Shown here one piece after another: positions 46,177-46,932 of a stretch of DNA of 46,932 nucleotides; positions within the stretch are counted from its first letter, which is position 1; the number at the start of each line of letters is the position of its first letter. The notes under the pieces were generated by a model. It was not told the DNA's origin. It was given only the letters and a program-made list of their open reading frames with translations, and ran no database searches. Source of the stretch: Euryarchaeota archaeon UBA550 (lineage in GTDB: Archaea > Thermoplasmatota > Poseidoniia > Poseidoniales > Poseidoniaceae); the NCBI GenBank assembly GCA_002506705.1, contig DAYA01000055.1:1-46932 (forward strand), written 5' to 3'. The position numbers and the translations under genes were made by a program.

Positions 46177-46225
46177 CTAAACCCATACTGAAAAGTGTCA
46201 AAGGCCGTATTGACAAGGAATACCC

Positions 46226-46932
46226 ATGTCCGAGGCTAAAGGTGGCTGGGCTCCGAGTGAGGGGAATTTGACTAATGCTATGACAGTGTTAGATGCTGTG
46301 AGGGATAGCGGCAACCTATATCGTGAAGGTTTGGGCATGATAGCTAGTGAGAACATTGTTTCACCAATGGTGCAAAAGATAGTGACAAGTGACCTTCATG
46401 GAAGGTACGCCGAGGGTCTACCAAACAAGCGATATTACCAAGGTTGTGGGGATTTTGACACTATTGAATCTCTTGGTATAGATTTAGCAAAGAAACTGTT
46501 CAACGTGCCATTCGCAAATATTCAGTCAACAAGTGGAACGGTTTCGAACATTGCCGCATTGAAGGCTCTAGCGAAACCCGGAGACTCGATTACCGCTGTT
46601 TCTACCGCTGATGGGGGTCACATTTCCCATGCGAGAATGGGTGCAGTAGGCTTGCGTGATCTCAATTTGTCTACTTATCCTTGGGACGAAGAGAGAATGG
46701 AACCAGATATAGATGCATCAGCGGAATTAATTAGAGAGGTTGCACCTTCTATCGCCCTGTTTGGACAATCCGTGTTCTTGTTTCCAACCCCACTTCAGGA
46801 GTTGGCTGATGCCGCTCACGAAGTAGGCTCAACAGTGATGTATGACGGTGCTCACGTTCTGGGATTAATCGCAGGTGGGTGTTTCCAAGACCCCCTACAC
46901 GAAGGGGCTGATATTATGACAGGCTCTTCGCA
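46226..46932 (+). CDS. glyA: Serine hydroxymethyltransferase (5' part; runs off the window)
   Basis: Open frame from ATG 46226 to the window end: ...GLGMIASENIVSP...RYAEGLPNKRYYQGC...TADGGHISHA... Absent from the ORF track because it has no stop. Confidence 0.9.
   Translation, partial: MSEAKGGWAPSEGNLTNAMTVLDAVRDSGNLYREGLGMIASENIVSPMVQKIVTSDLHGRYAEGLPNKRYYQGCGDFDTIESLGIDLAKKLFNVPFANIQSTSGTVSNIAALKALAKPGDSITAVSTADGGHISHARMGAVGLRDLNLSTYPWDEERMEPDIDASAELIREVAPSIALFGQSVFLFPTPLQELADAAHEVGSTVMYDGAHVLGLIAGGCFQDPLHEGADIMTGSS

Noticed and set aside
1-46932. Window-wide look for CRISPR arrays, IS elements, integrases, reverse transcriptases (DGR/retron) and inteins
   Set aside because: I saw no spaced direct-repeat array. 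No ORF has transposase, integrase or RT motifs. RtcB, AlaRS, ValRS and DinB have normal lengths with no intein-like insertions.

Overview
This is a gene-dense archaeal chromosome segment with about 35 protein genes and 2 tRNAs. The archaeal assignment rests on aIF6, RNA polymerase subunit E' (Rpo7), Spt4, ribosomal proteins S24e and S27ae, a DtdA-type D-aminoacyl-tRNA deacylase, RtcB and an HVO_0476-type zinc-finger protein. The compact layout, AT-leaning composition and giant sequon-rich surface proteins suggest an uncultivated marine Thermoplasmatota (Poseidoniales/MGII-like) genome; that is inference only.

Most of the window is housekeeping:
- Nucleotide and amino-acid metabolism: purC, proline dehydrogenase, a SufS-like desulfurase, a serA-like dehydrogenase, an aminotransferase, glyA.
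- Translation and RNA: alaS, valS, rtcB, dtdA.
- DNA metabolism: dinB, rmuC.
- Also a Nudix hydrolase, an MBL-fold hydrolase, an RND/MMPL exporter and an EVE-domain protein.

I saw no CRISPR array, rRNA, integrase, transposase or reverse transcriptase.

The non-ordinary content is:
1. Two giant (1860 aa and 2176 aa) signal-peptide, single-TM-anchored surface proteins with acidic cytoplasmic tails.
2. A near-identical 7-bp-stem/GTA-loop palindrome (GGRCCC-GTA-GGGYCC, with a compensatory change) just upstream of both giant genes.
3. A third 7-bp/GTA hairpin that pairs a perfect Shine-Dalgarno with an anti-SD mimic.
4. A translationally coupled trio: a polytopic membrane zinc-ribbon protein, a cysteine desulfurase and a membrane-anchored subtilase.
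5. Several orphan membrane or secreted proteins, including a 1017-aa polytopic protein with a TPR-like domain.

I cannot claim a defined novel multi-gene system. The shared leader palindrome plus the giant adhesin pair is the best candidate for something undescribed.
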